A stretch of 12,957 nt of DNA from Promethearchaeota archaeon (GCA_027031765.1 JALVPN010000118.1:1-12957), one strand, 5' to 3'; numbered from the stretch's first letter, positions 1 through 7,231 are shown. Program-made: numbers and translations. The notes: generated by a model from the letters alone, not told the origin.

Positions 1-65
1 TAACGGCAGTATGAGGAGTTTGCTGAGACGTTCTCATCATTCAAAGCAGAGGCTGGTGAAGAAGA

Positions 66-641
66 TTGTTCAGACGAGACAGCACGGTGGAGAAAAAGAA
101 GAAGAAGCGAGAGGAGATCCGCGCAAAGTACGACCCCGAGATTGCGGATTTGCGGTCGCAGATTGCACGCGAAGAGGCAGAGGCAGAACGCCTCAGGGCC
201 AAGATCCAGAGGGTCGTCGACTCGGGCGGCAGGCCCAGTGCCATGGAGGTCAAGTCGCTCAAGACGATAATGGGCGGTATCAAGACCCGTGAGATGATGG
301 CCCTGAAACTGGAGAACGACAAGCGCATTGAACTCCTTGCCATTGACATCGGGACCAGTGTCGAGGAACTCAACAGGCAGCTTGAAAAGCTCGCCGAGCA
401 GATGGAGCTCAGCATGGAGGACGAGTCCGAGAGGCTGCAAATCATCGATGCATTTGAACAGCAGGTGGCGGCCATGTCCCCTGAGATTGGCGTGTCTACG
501 TCGTCCACTGCGGTCTCCGATGCCGAGCTCGAAGCGCTCGGGATAAGAGTCCCGGGCAGTGGGTCAAAGGCGAAGGACAGGACGGAGGACACCGAGGAGG
601 AGCGCGAGCGGGCCAGAGAGAGGGAGTCCCTGTTCGAGTAG
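66..641 (+). CDS. Coiled-coil protein, putative Snf7/ESCRT-III (PspA superfamily)-like, 191 aa
   Basis: TTG start 6 nt after GGTGA (55-59), with an in-frame stop at 57-59 that fixes the 5' limit. Basic N-terminus (KKKKKR), long helical hairpin with an SGGRP turn, then a shorter helix, a DAELEALG motif and an acidic/charged tail. The CDS is well supported; the family call is tentative (about 0.45). Confidence 0.75.
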   Translation: MFRRDSTVEKKKKKREEIRAKYDPEIADLRSQIAREEAEAERLRAKIQRVVDSGGRPSAMEVKSLKTIMGGIKTREMMALKLENDKRIELLAIDIGTSVEELNRQLEKLAEQMELSMEDESERLQIIDAFEQQVAAMSPEIGVSTSSTAVSDAELEALGIRVPGSGSKAKDRTEDTEEERERARERESLFE

Positions 642-650
642 GCAAGAGGG

Positions 651-716
651 ATGACGGGGTTGTCAGTCGGCACGTGCGTGTCACAGGTGGTGTGGGCCGG
701 TCTGACACCCCATCAT
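651..716 (+). other. Long imperfect inverted repeat (hairpin) just after the stop of the 66-641 gene
   Basis: ATGACGGGGTTGTCAGTCGGC (651-671) pairs with GCCGGTCTGACACCCCATCAT (696-716), about 19 bp with one mismatch and two bulges. No U-tract follows. Confidence 0.55.
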
Positions 717-883
717 AGCACCCACGGGCAGTCTCGCACTGCGGGTCACCGAGGCCGCCGTGCTGCCCCTGGACCTGGAGTGCCGGCGCGGTGCGGACAC
801 ACGCCCGGCCTGCTGGCACCTCCCAGTGTGACCACCGGGCATGGACAGCCCACATGTCAATAGAGTGGAGATGGTGCAGGACA

Positions 884-1801
884 TTGGCAAGGACGACAGG
901 ATGCAACTGGCCCGAAGAGGTCAGGAAACTGGAGAGCATAATACGGAGCATGCATGACGAGCTGAAGGCAAACTCTGCATCTGCTGAGTGGTTCTGGTAC
1001 AAGCCTGAACTCTACCGCGTTGAGTTCTGGCGGGACGGCAAGAGCGAGGACCGCTCGGTCGAGGAAGCACTGGACGAGTGTCTCCGCATAGTGAGTGGTC
1101 TAGACGACAGGAAGCCGGACAAGAAGGCCCTCGAGATACTTGCAGACCTGGCAAAGAATGTCGACCAGATTGCAGAGAAGATGGGGGTGCTGCGCCGCAC
1201 CGACATGAAGTTCAGAGAGGTCACGGCAGAGCAGGAACGCCTCAAGGCAATAGGTGATGCCGAGGGCCTCAGAAAGGTCAACGAGATATTCCAGAAGATG
1301 TTGCGCCAGGCAAACCTGGGTGTTGAGCCGCAGGGCCTGATTGAACGTAGGGGCCAGATAGCTATGCGCGGGGAGAGCCGGGCAAGCCTGACAGAGACCA
1401 CCGGCGGTACGGCCACGGCCCCGGTGGGCCAGGTGCGGGAGGTGGCCCTCGGACTGGCTGAACAGCTCCGCTCGATCCGGATAGACAACGAGTGGATGGC
1501 GCCCATGAACAGCGACATCCAGAAGCTAGCAGATAAGCTCGAACGGATTGAGGAGGTCGAGTCACCGCGTGAGAGAGAGGAGCTGCTGACCCGTGCAGAC
1601 TTCTGGCTCGACGGCTATGACGACATGGAGGCCATAGGGAAGCTTGTTGACACTGCGCTCGCCGAGATGCGCCCGGTATCTACGCGGGGCATACCCCCGG
1701 AGTACGTGGTCTTCGCTGTAGAGTTCTTCAGCCGCCTCTATCCGGAGGTCGGGCTCAGATATGATGCCACCTACAGGACAATCCGCGTAGGGGGTGCATG
1801 A
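884..1801 (+). CDS. Hypothetical all-alpha protein, about 305 aa (start uncertain: GTG 791, ATG 854 or TTG 884)
   Basis: Long ORF with natural amphipathic-helix composition from about nt 911. TTG 884 has GGTG 7 nt upstream. The stop overlaps the next start (ATGA at 1798-1801). No family recognised. Confidence 0.75.
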   Translation: MARTTGCNWPEEVRKLESIIRSMHDELKANSASAEWFWYKPELYRVEFWRDGKSEDRSVEEALDECLRIVSGLDDRKPDKKALEILADLAKNVDQIAEKMGVLRRTDMKFREVTAEQERLKAIGDAEGLRKVNEIFQKMLRQANLGVEPQGLIERRGQIAMRGESRASLTETTGGTATAPVGQVREVALGLAEQLRSIRIDNEWMAPMNSDIQKLADKLERIEEVESPREREELLTRADFWLDGYDDMEAIGKLVDTALAEMRPVSTRGIPPEYVVFAVEFFSRLYPEVGLRYDATYRTIRVGGA

Positions 1802-2175
1802 GACTGGAGGAGAAGCTTGGAGAACGACTGACACAGTTCATGACCATGCTCAAGGAGATGCAGTCGTCGGGCGCATTCGACCCGTCTGCTGTGGACGTGA
1901 AGATAAAGGTCAAGGTCAAGGTCAAGCGCATGGACAGCAAGATGCAGCAGCAACTGATATCGGCAGGGCTCGAGGTGCCCGATTCCGACATCATGGCCCG
2001 TGACGAGGTGTCATGGCTCCCATGGGCCAGCGGATGGGTACGTCTGGCCTACGTTGACAACCTGACGGCGCTTGAAGGCGTTGAGTTTGTGGACTTCGAC
2101 CTGATAATGAGGCCCGCAGGTGAACCAATGAAACCCGCAGGTGAACCAATGAGGCCCGCAGGTGAACCAAAATGA
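1798..2175 (+). CDS. Stand-alone subtilase propeptide-like (inhibitor I9-like) protein, 125 aa
   Basis: ATGA overlaps at both ends. KLGERL...DVKIKVKVKV...SGWVRLAYVDNLTALEGVEFVDFD follows the pattern of subtilase prodomains (strand, helix, strand, then L..L.GV..V..D). It ends in a (M)xPAGEP triple repeat. Confidence 0.7.
   Translation: MRLEEKLGERLTQFMTMLKEMQSSGAFDPSAVDVKIKVKVKVKRMDSKMQQQLISAGLEVPDSDIMARDEVSWLPWASGWVRLAYVDNLTALEGVEFVDFDLIMRPAGEPMKPAGEPMRPAGEPK
2107..2169 (+). repeat. Tandem repeat, 3 x 21 bp, ATGA(GG/AA)CCCGCAGGTGAACCA
   Basis: Units at 2107-2127, 2128-2148 and 2149-2169. Units 1 and 3 are identical and unit 2 differs by 2 nt. Encodes MRPAGEP/MKPAGEP/MRPAGEP. Confidence 0.95.
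2160..2165 (+). promoter_or_regulatory. Shine-Dalgarno-like AGGTGA for the subtilase
   Basis: Lies 6 nt upstream of ATG 2172 and matches the GGAGGTGA-type consensus. Confidence 0.65.
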
Positions 2176-3830
2176 CGTGGAAGGACCACACACTGGAACT
2201 GATCAGTGCCGCCCTGAAGGACGACCTGGAAGAGACCCCTGTACCCGTGATTGTCAGGGGACGCACCAGGCCCGACACCGAGGCCGGGCCCATGGGGTTC
2301 GACTCCGAGAAGACCCGCTCAATGATGGAAGGTATGGGTATCAACATCAGGCCCCTCGAAGACCTTGCAATCACACAGACGAAGGCCTCAAAGCTCACCC
2401 CATCGGTCTCAGTGGAGATGAGCGTCGCTGACCTCCGCACCCTGCTGGAACAGTCGGACGCCCTGAAGGTCGAGGCGGTGGCACTTGACTACCCGTGCTA
2501 TCCCATGCTCTCAGAGTCCACCGGACAGATAGGCTGCCCCACAGTATGGGACATGGGGTACACCGGGTCGGGTATCACAGTCGGCGTGCTCGACACAGGC
2601 CTCGATGTCTCAACAGGCGACCTCAACGTGAAGGCCACCGCGAGTTTCGTACACGGCGAGACCGAGGCCGACATTGTTGGACACGGGACGCATGTGGCCG
2701 GAATAGTGGGCTCCACACGCAGCAGCGAGTACCCCGGCGTGGCCCCGGACGCTACCCTTGCCTGTGCAAAGGTGCTCGGGATGTACGGTGGCAACGAGTC
2801 GGACATCGCCCGTGGCGTCGAGTGGTGCATTGAACAGGGTGCCAGGGTCCTGAACCTGAGCCTTGGGGGGCCGGGTTCACGGTACAGCCCCATGGTGGAT
2901 GCACTCAGGATTGCTGACAGCCTTGAGGTCGTAGTCGTTGCATCGGCGGGCAACGAGGGGCCCGAACTCGGTACTGTGGGCTCACCAGGATGCTGCGACT
3001 TTGTAATCACTGTTGGGTCGGTCGACAAGGAGAACGCACTGACCAACTACTCCAGCCGTGGGCCAGTCTATGAGATGGAGGTCAAACCGGACATCCTTGC
3101 GCCAGGCGGTGGTATCGGCGGGTTCGGCTGCTTCTACAGCGGCGGGATCATCTCGCTGCTCTCAAAGTACTCGGAACAGGAGTCCGCCTGCATTGTGGGG
3201 CGCAGACACGTGAAGATGTCAGGCACGAGCATGGCGTCACCACACATCGCCGGAGTGGTGGCCCTCTTACTGCAGGCCATGGAAGAGGAGTCCATACAAC
3301 CGCTGCCCATCGGCCTTACAAAGCACATAAAACACGCACTGATGGCCACCGCTGTCGACCTGCACCTTGACCCGGTGGAACAGGGCGCAGGCCTCGTGGA
3401 TGTACCCGCCGCCCTCGACGCTATAGTCGGCGACACCGTGCCAGAAGAGATCCAGCTGCCTGAGACCCGTGCCCCGCAGGCCAACTATGGCTGTTCCATG
3501 GCCGGCCATGCGACCATGAGTCAGGCCGCTTCCCTAGCGACCATCCAGCGACGGTTCGTGCTACCAGTGAGCCCCTTGTGCTCCGCCCTCATCACTGCCG
3601 CTGGCCGCGGCTCCAAGGAGGCACTGACAGCACTCAACAGGCTCGTCCCCGACTCTGTTGTGAGGTCGGCCGTCAGGAGCATCGCGAGGGCCATCCGTCA
3701 CGTGCCGGAGAAGTATGTGAGCGCAGAGGTCAGGACTGCCGTCGCCGAGCTGATAGGCAGTGGCCGGGCCCGTGAGCGACCAAGGCGAGAGCGCAGACGC
3801 GAGGGCGAGGGCGAACGCCTACGGGCATAG
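2172..3830 (+). CDS. S8 family serine peptidase (subtilase) with N-terminal propeptide and C-terminal extension, 552 aa, no signal peptide
   Basis: Catalytic motifs VGVLDTG (D141), GHGTHVAG (H171), SAGNEG (oxyanion N261) and SGTSMASPHIAG (S353), plus KPDILAPG and QGAGLVD. Prodomain at about aa 1-112. The N-terminus is acidic, with no hydrophobic signal. Confidence 0.97.
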   Translation: MTWKDHTLELISAALKDDLEETPVPVIVRGRTRPDTEAGPMGFDSEKTRSMMEGMGINIRPLEDLAITQTKASKLTPSVSVEMSVADLRTLLEQSDALKVEAVALDYPCYPMLSESTGQIGCPTVWDMGYTGSGITVGVLDTGLDVSTGDLNVKATASFVHGETEADIVGHGTHVAGIVGSTRSSEYPGVAPDATLACAKVLGMYGGNESDIARGVEWCIEQGARVLNLSLGGPGSRYSPMVDALRIADSLEVVVVASAGNEGPELGTVGSPGCCDFVITVGSVDKENALTNYSSRGPVYEMEVKPDILAPGGGIGGFGCFYSGGIISLLSKYSEQESACIVGRRHVKMSGTSMASPHIAGVVALLLQAMEEESIQPLPIGLTKHIKHALMATAVDLHLDPVEQGAGLVDVPAALDAIVGDTVPEEIQLPETRAPQANYGCSMAGHATMSQAASLATIQRRFVLPVSPLCSALITAAGRGSKEALTALNRLVPDSVVRSAVRSIARAIRHVPEKYVSAEVRTAVAELIGSGRARERPRRERRREGEGERLRA

Positions 3831-3930
3831 GCCGGGAGAGCACACGATAGGGGTCCAGTCCAGTTTCCAGCGACAGCCGGCCGGAGTGACAGGCACCGTA
3901 GCGGCCCCCCTATCCGAGCTGTGCCAGTTT

Positions 3931-3955
3931 CCGGAGTGCCGACCAGGTACTCCGG
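3931..3955. other. 10-bp hairpin in the convergent intergenic region
   Basis: CCGGAGTGCC-GACCA-GGTACTCCGG forms 9 Watson-Crick pairs and 1 G-U pair with a 5-nt loop. Function unknown. Confidence 0.45.
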
Positions 3956-4288
3956 TAGCAGACATCATACCAGCCCCCTACAACGACTCAGCAGAGCGCA
4001 TGGCCCATACTCCCCACTGCTACTGGTACTCACCATGATCACTGTATGACGGGGCTATGAGTGTCCAACACACAGCAGCACCATGTCCTTGGCCTTCTAG
4101 GACTGTCATTGCGTACGACTCGGCGACATGCTGTGATTTCTCCGACTCCGGACGGGCAGTCCACTCGTACACAGAGGTGTCAGCGACCCTTGGATATCAG
4201 CACAGACATGGGGCACGGGGCGCACAGTGACGTTGGACAGGCCCTGCGGTGAGGGGACAGGGCACCAAGAGTCCGCAGGACACTGGGG

Positions 4289-7231
4289 CTACGCGCGCAG
4301 TACGGAGGAGACCTTGTACGAGCCCACAGAACCACAGTATGGGCACTCGAGGTCGAACGTCTTACCGTCTGGACTGAGGCCCTTGACGAATGCGTGTGTT
4401 TCGGGGAACGCCTCCCTCTTCTGGGCACGCTCCTTCAGTTCCCTCACGGAGAGCATGTCGAGTCGCACATCGTCGAGGGTGACACGACGGATGTGGATGC
4501 CGCACTGTGCACACTCGAGGGCCTCGCGGTCGGTGATGCTCTTGAGCTCTGAGGAGAGCAGACTGGCAAACTCCTCGATGTCCTCTTTGAGGGCCCGCTG
4601 TGGGTGGTACCCCTTGACCGATACTTGGGCACCGGTCACACGGATTCGGCCAGACACCTCGATTACCCCACGCTTCTGACCGCTCGCAGGGTATACGATG
4701 GCTTGGTACCCGAACGACCGGACACTCCCCATCTTCTGCTTCTGGAGCTCCACCGGCACGTACTGGCCAATGCCAAAGATCTCAATCATCGACTGGCGGA
4801 CCGTCATTAGCAGCATGTCCACCATCTCGTCCAGGGCGCTCTCGTCCAGTCTCGAAGCGATTATGGCAGGCTTGGTGCGGATGGGTGTACTATTGGTCAC
4901 AATACTGCGTGACACCTCGCGGGCGGGTCTCCCGTCTATGTAACGGACTACACGGGCGGTGCCGTCGTGGCGGCCCCGGATGTGGCTGGGGGTCTCAAAG
5001 ACCTTCACATAGTCGACATATGACAGCTCATAGTCGACGGTCACGCTACCACCAAGGAGCGGGTACACGACCAGTGAGGTCTGGTACTCACTGTCAGCAC
5101 CGGCACCGCCGGGCAGCCGCTCGACATAGACCTCCTTGTCCGGGTCCTCACCCTCCTGTTCGAAGGACGCTGCCTGTCCGACCAGAGTCAGGACGAGGCG
5201 GACGTTAGACGCAGCCTCCGGACTCTCGTTCTTGAGGATTACCTTCAGTGTTGCGGTGCCGTCACTGTTCTCGACATCCTCTATGCGCACGCCCACATGC
5301 ACGTTGCCATAGGTACTGTGTACTGGTCCCGCACCAAGCCTCGTGACACTAGGCCGGGGTGGTTGAGTGGTAGGCCCAAGTGCCGGACTCTCGGACGTCC
5401 CTGTCCCAGCGTCCACTACCGGCTCTCCGACATCGAAAGGAGCCGTTTCAGCTAGGAGGGTTTCGAGTGTACGCAGCTTTGAGTGTACCTCTTCGAGTGT
5501 GGAGCTGACCGCGGCCGGCACATCGGGGAACCCTTTGGGGAGGATGTCGCTGACCGACTCAAAGAAGTCTGCTGTGGCCCTGCCCACCTTGTCAATCTGG
5601 AGGTACTGGGTCTTCGCACGTCGATACTGCCTCCATTCGTTGTTCAGCTGGGCCTGCCCGTCCAAGTACTTTGCATGGTCTACAAAGAGCCTGTACCGCT
5701 GTTCGAGCAGGCCGTCCAGTGTTTCGCTCACCTCTGCCCTCGCACTCTCGCTCTCGGAAGGAGCAAACCGCGACTTTGTTTCCAAGTACTCAAGCATTCT
5801 GTCGCAGGCACGGATGGCAGCCTCCAACACCCCTGTCTGCGTCTTGTACCTCTTATCCATATCAGCAAGTTTTCCGGCCGTTTCGAGCTCCGCCTTGTAT
5901 TGAGCAATCTCCTCGTGGAAAGCATTGAAGCGCGCGAGGAACGCATTCTGAGCAGCCTTGACCTTCATGTCCCTTGCTTCTGTCAGCACCTCGCTGGAAG
6001 GCGGCATCGCCTCGACCTGTTCCCACAGGCTATAGGCCTCGACCCAGAGCTGCTCGGCCTTTGCACCACTCTCCTGTCCCGCCTGTCTTGTGATGCTCTT
6101 TGCGGCCTCGTATACTGAGTCACGGGACTGCTGCAGACGGAGCAGCTCTATTGACTCAGCGCCGCTCTCCCGCTCAACATGTGCATATATGTCGGTGAAG
6201 TCAGCGTCCGGGTCTGTGACCGGGATGAGACGCCTGACGAGGAACTGTGTGGGGTTCTGTAGGGCCATGAATGTGGGCTTCGTGTCCCCACTGGGGTCGA
6301 GGAGGTACAGTCCAATCCAGCCGTTCCCAAAGCCCAAGAGGAGGCCAATGCCCTTGGAGTTCGGCACCTCGACAAATGCTGCAGAGTACACGCCATATGG
6401 CGCGGTATCGAAGAGGTCAAACTCCGTGGTGCTAGTCCGCCCACCAGACGAGTACAGGGTTACGCCATGACCGGTGATGTCAACGGCGGTCACAACGTAT
6501 GCGCCGGCCTCCCAGGCCTTGGCGGCCACCGCATATACGGGGTTTGTAAATGCGAGCTCAGTAGCCCCCATCTGAATCGAGGCCTCTCTCAGCGTCTTGA
6601 CCCTGACCGTGTTGTCCCAGCACGCGGCTGCAAGGACACCAGAGCGGTCTTCAGGACACACATCAAGGGCAACTGCAAAGACCATATCTTGGCTCTCCCG
6701 GCTCTGGAACATGTACTGCCTGCGGAAGAAGACCTCGTGCAGCCGCTCCCCCCGCCGCGTGCTCTTGAACCACATGACAACACCGTGCTTGTTAACACCC
6801 ACAATCTCTGGGACGCCATCACCGTCAACGTCGCCGGCTAACAGCTGGATGAAGCTATTCTGGGTAGAACAGTCGCCCGCTGTACTGAGTTGCACAAGGA
6901 CGTACCTGCCTGCCTGACGGGAGAGCCTATAGAGGTCAAGCCAGTTGGACGGCCCCATCGTCACTGCCACTTCCAGCTGTCCACAGTCGTCAAAGTCGCC
7001 AAATGCAAGGGCAGTAACAGGAGCCGGCATCTCCAGACTTGCCACGACCTCCGGCCTGTCACCTACGTGACTCCAGATCTCCAGTCGGTCGTTCTTGTCC
7101 TCGCGTGCAACAGCCACCATGCGTTCACGCGTATCGGGTTCCACCGCAACATCGAAGGCCAGGACACGGAGTGGTGTCCTGACCACCACTTGTCCAATAC
7201 TGAACAGCCCTGATGATGTCGTATGACTCAT
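4289..7231 (-). CDS. Multidomain protein, 980 aa: FG-GAP/VCBS-type beta-propeller, helical bundle, Pro-rich linker, Ig-like sandwich, alpha/beta domain, Zn ribbon
   Basis: Propeller blades with AFGDFDDCGQLEVAV, LAGDVDGDGVPEIVG, AAACWDNTVRV and LLLGFGNGWIGLY (aa 1-367). Helices at aa 368-596. Sandwich with TLKVILKNESPEAASNVRLVL (aa 641-790). CAQC and CPYC at aa 907-966. Strong RBS and ATGA overlap with the upstream gene. Confidence 0.9.
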   Translation of the reverse strand: MSHTTSSGLFSIGQVVVRTPLRVLAFDVAVEPDTRERMVAVAREDKNDRLEIWSHVGDRPEVVASLEMPAPVTALAFGDFDDCGQLEVAVTMGPSNWLDLYRLSRQAGRYVLVQLSTAGDCSTQNSFIQLLAGDVDGDGVPEIVGVNKHGVVMWFKSTRRGERLHEVFFRRQYMFQSRESQDMVFAVALDVCPEDRSGVLAAACWDNTVRVKTLREASIQMGATELAFTNPVYAVAAKAWEAGAYVVTAVDITGHGVTLYSSGGRTSTTEFDLFDTAPYGVYSAAFVEVPNSKGIGLLLGFGNGWIGLYLLDPSGDTKPTFMALQNPTQFLVRRLIPVTDPDADFTDIYAHVERESGAESIELLRLQQSRDSVYEAAKSITRQAGQESGAKAEQLWVEAYSLWEQVEAMPPSSEVLTEARDMKVKAAQNAFLARFNAFHEEIAQYKAELETAGKLADMDKRYKTQTGVLEAAIRACDRMLEYLETKSRFAPSESESARAEVSETLDGLLEQRYRLFVDHAKYLDGQAQLNNEWRQYRRAKTQYLQIDKVGRATADFFESVSDILPKGFPDVPAAVSSTLEEVHSKLRTLETLLAETAPFDVGEPVVDAGTGTSESPALGPTTQPPRPSVTRLGAGPVHSTYGNVHVGVRIEDVENSDGTATLKVILKNESPEAASNVRLVLTLVGQAASFEQEGEDPDKEVYVERLPGGAGADSEYQTSLVVYPLLGGSVTVDYELSYVDYVKVFETPSHIRGRHDGTARVVRYIDGRPAREVSRSIVTNSTPIRTKPAIIASRLDESALDEMVDMLLMTVRQSMIEIFGIGQYVPVELQKQKMGSVRSFGYQAIVYPASGQKRGVIEVSGRIRVTGAQVSVKGYHPQRALKEDIEEFASLLSSELKSITDREALECAQCGIHIRRVTLDDVRLDMLSVRELKERAQKREAFPETHAFVKGLSPDGKTFDLECPYCGSVGSYKVSSVLRA

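Noticed and set aside
11-292. Alternative plus-strand ORF (93 aa) and a protein-like frame-1 stretch at the window start
   Set aside because: Both overlap the better-supported 66-641 gene out of frame. Frame 1 starts with a stop and has no start codon near its 5' end.
648-705. Possible C/D box sRNA (GGGATGA ... CTGA, about 55 nt) or SECIS-like AUGA hairpin
   Set aside because: The C box is imperfect and the guide before the D box is only about 8 nt. AUGA pairs Watson-Crick with UCAU instead of forming tandem G-A pairs, and no neighbouring gene needs UGA readthrough.
2107-2169. Repeat considered as a mini-CRISPR array
   Set aside because: The units are directly adjacent with no spacers, are in frame within a CDS, and there are no cas genes.
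41-3509. Minus-strand ORFs antisense to the plus operon (e.g. 41-673, 496-1002, 1012-1518, 1991-2440, 2498-3046)
   Set aside because: Ser/Arg/Pro-rich shadow frames expected opposite real genes in GC-rich DNA, with no motifs or RBS.
3944-3961. CAGGTACTCCGGTAGCAG resembles SRP RNA helix 8 (CAGG-NNN-GNRA-NNN-AGCAG)
   Set aside because: It is one base short, the loop is UCCG rather than GNRA, it competes with the 3931-3955 hairpin, and no other SRP helices are evident.
651-4054. 9-mers shared by both intergenic regions (ATGACGGGG at 651 and 4046; GGAGTGCCG at 777 and 3933)
   Set aside because: For GC-rich regions of about 240 and 460 nt, one or two shared 9-mers is close to chance expectation.
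3760-4428. Small ORFs in the convergent gap (3760-4038 +, 4061-4252 +, 4180-4428 -)
   Set aside because: Atypical composition, no coupling or convincing RBS, and partial overlap with real genes.
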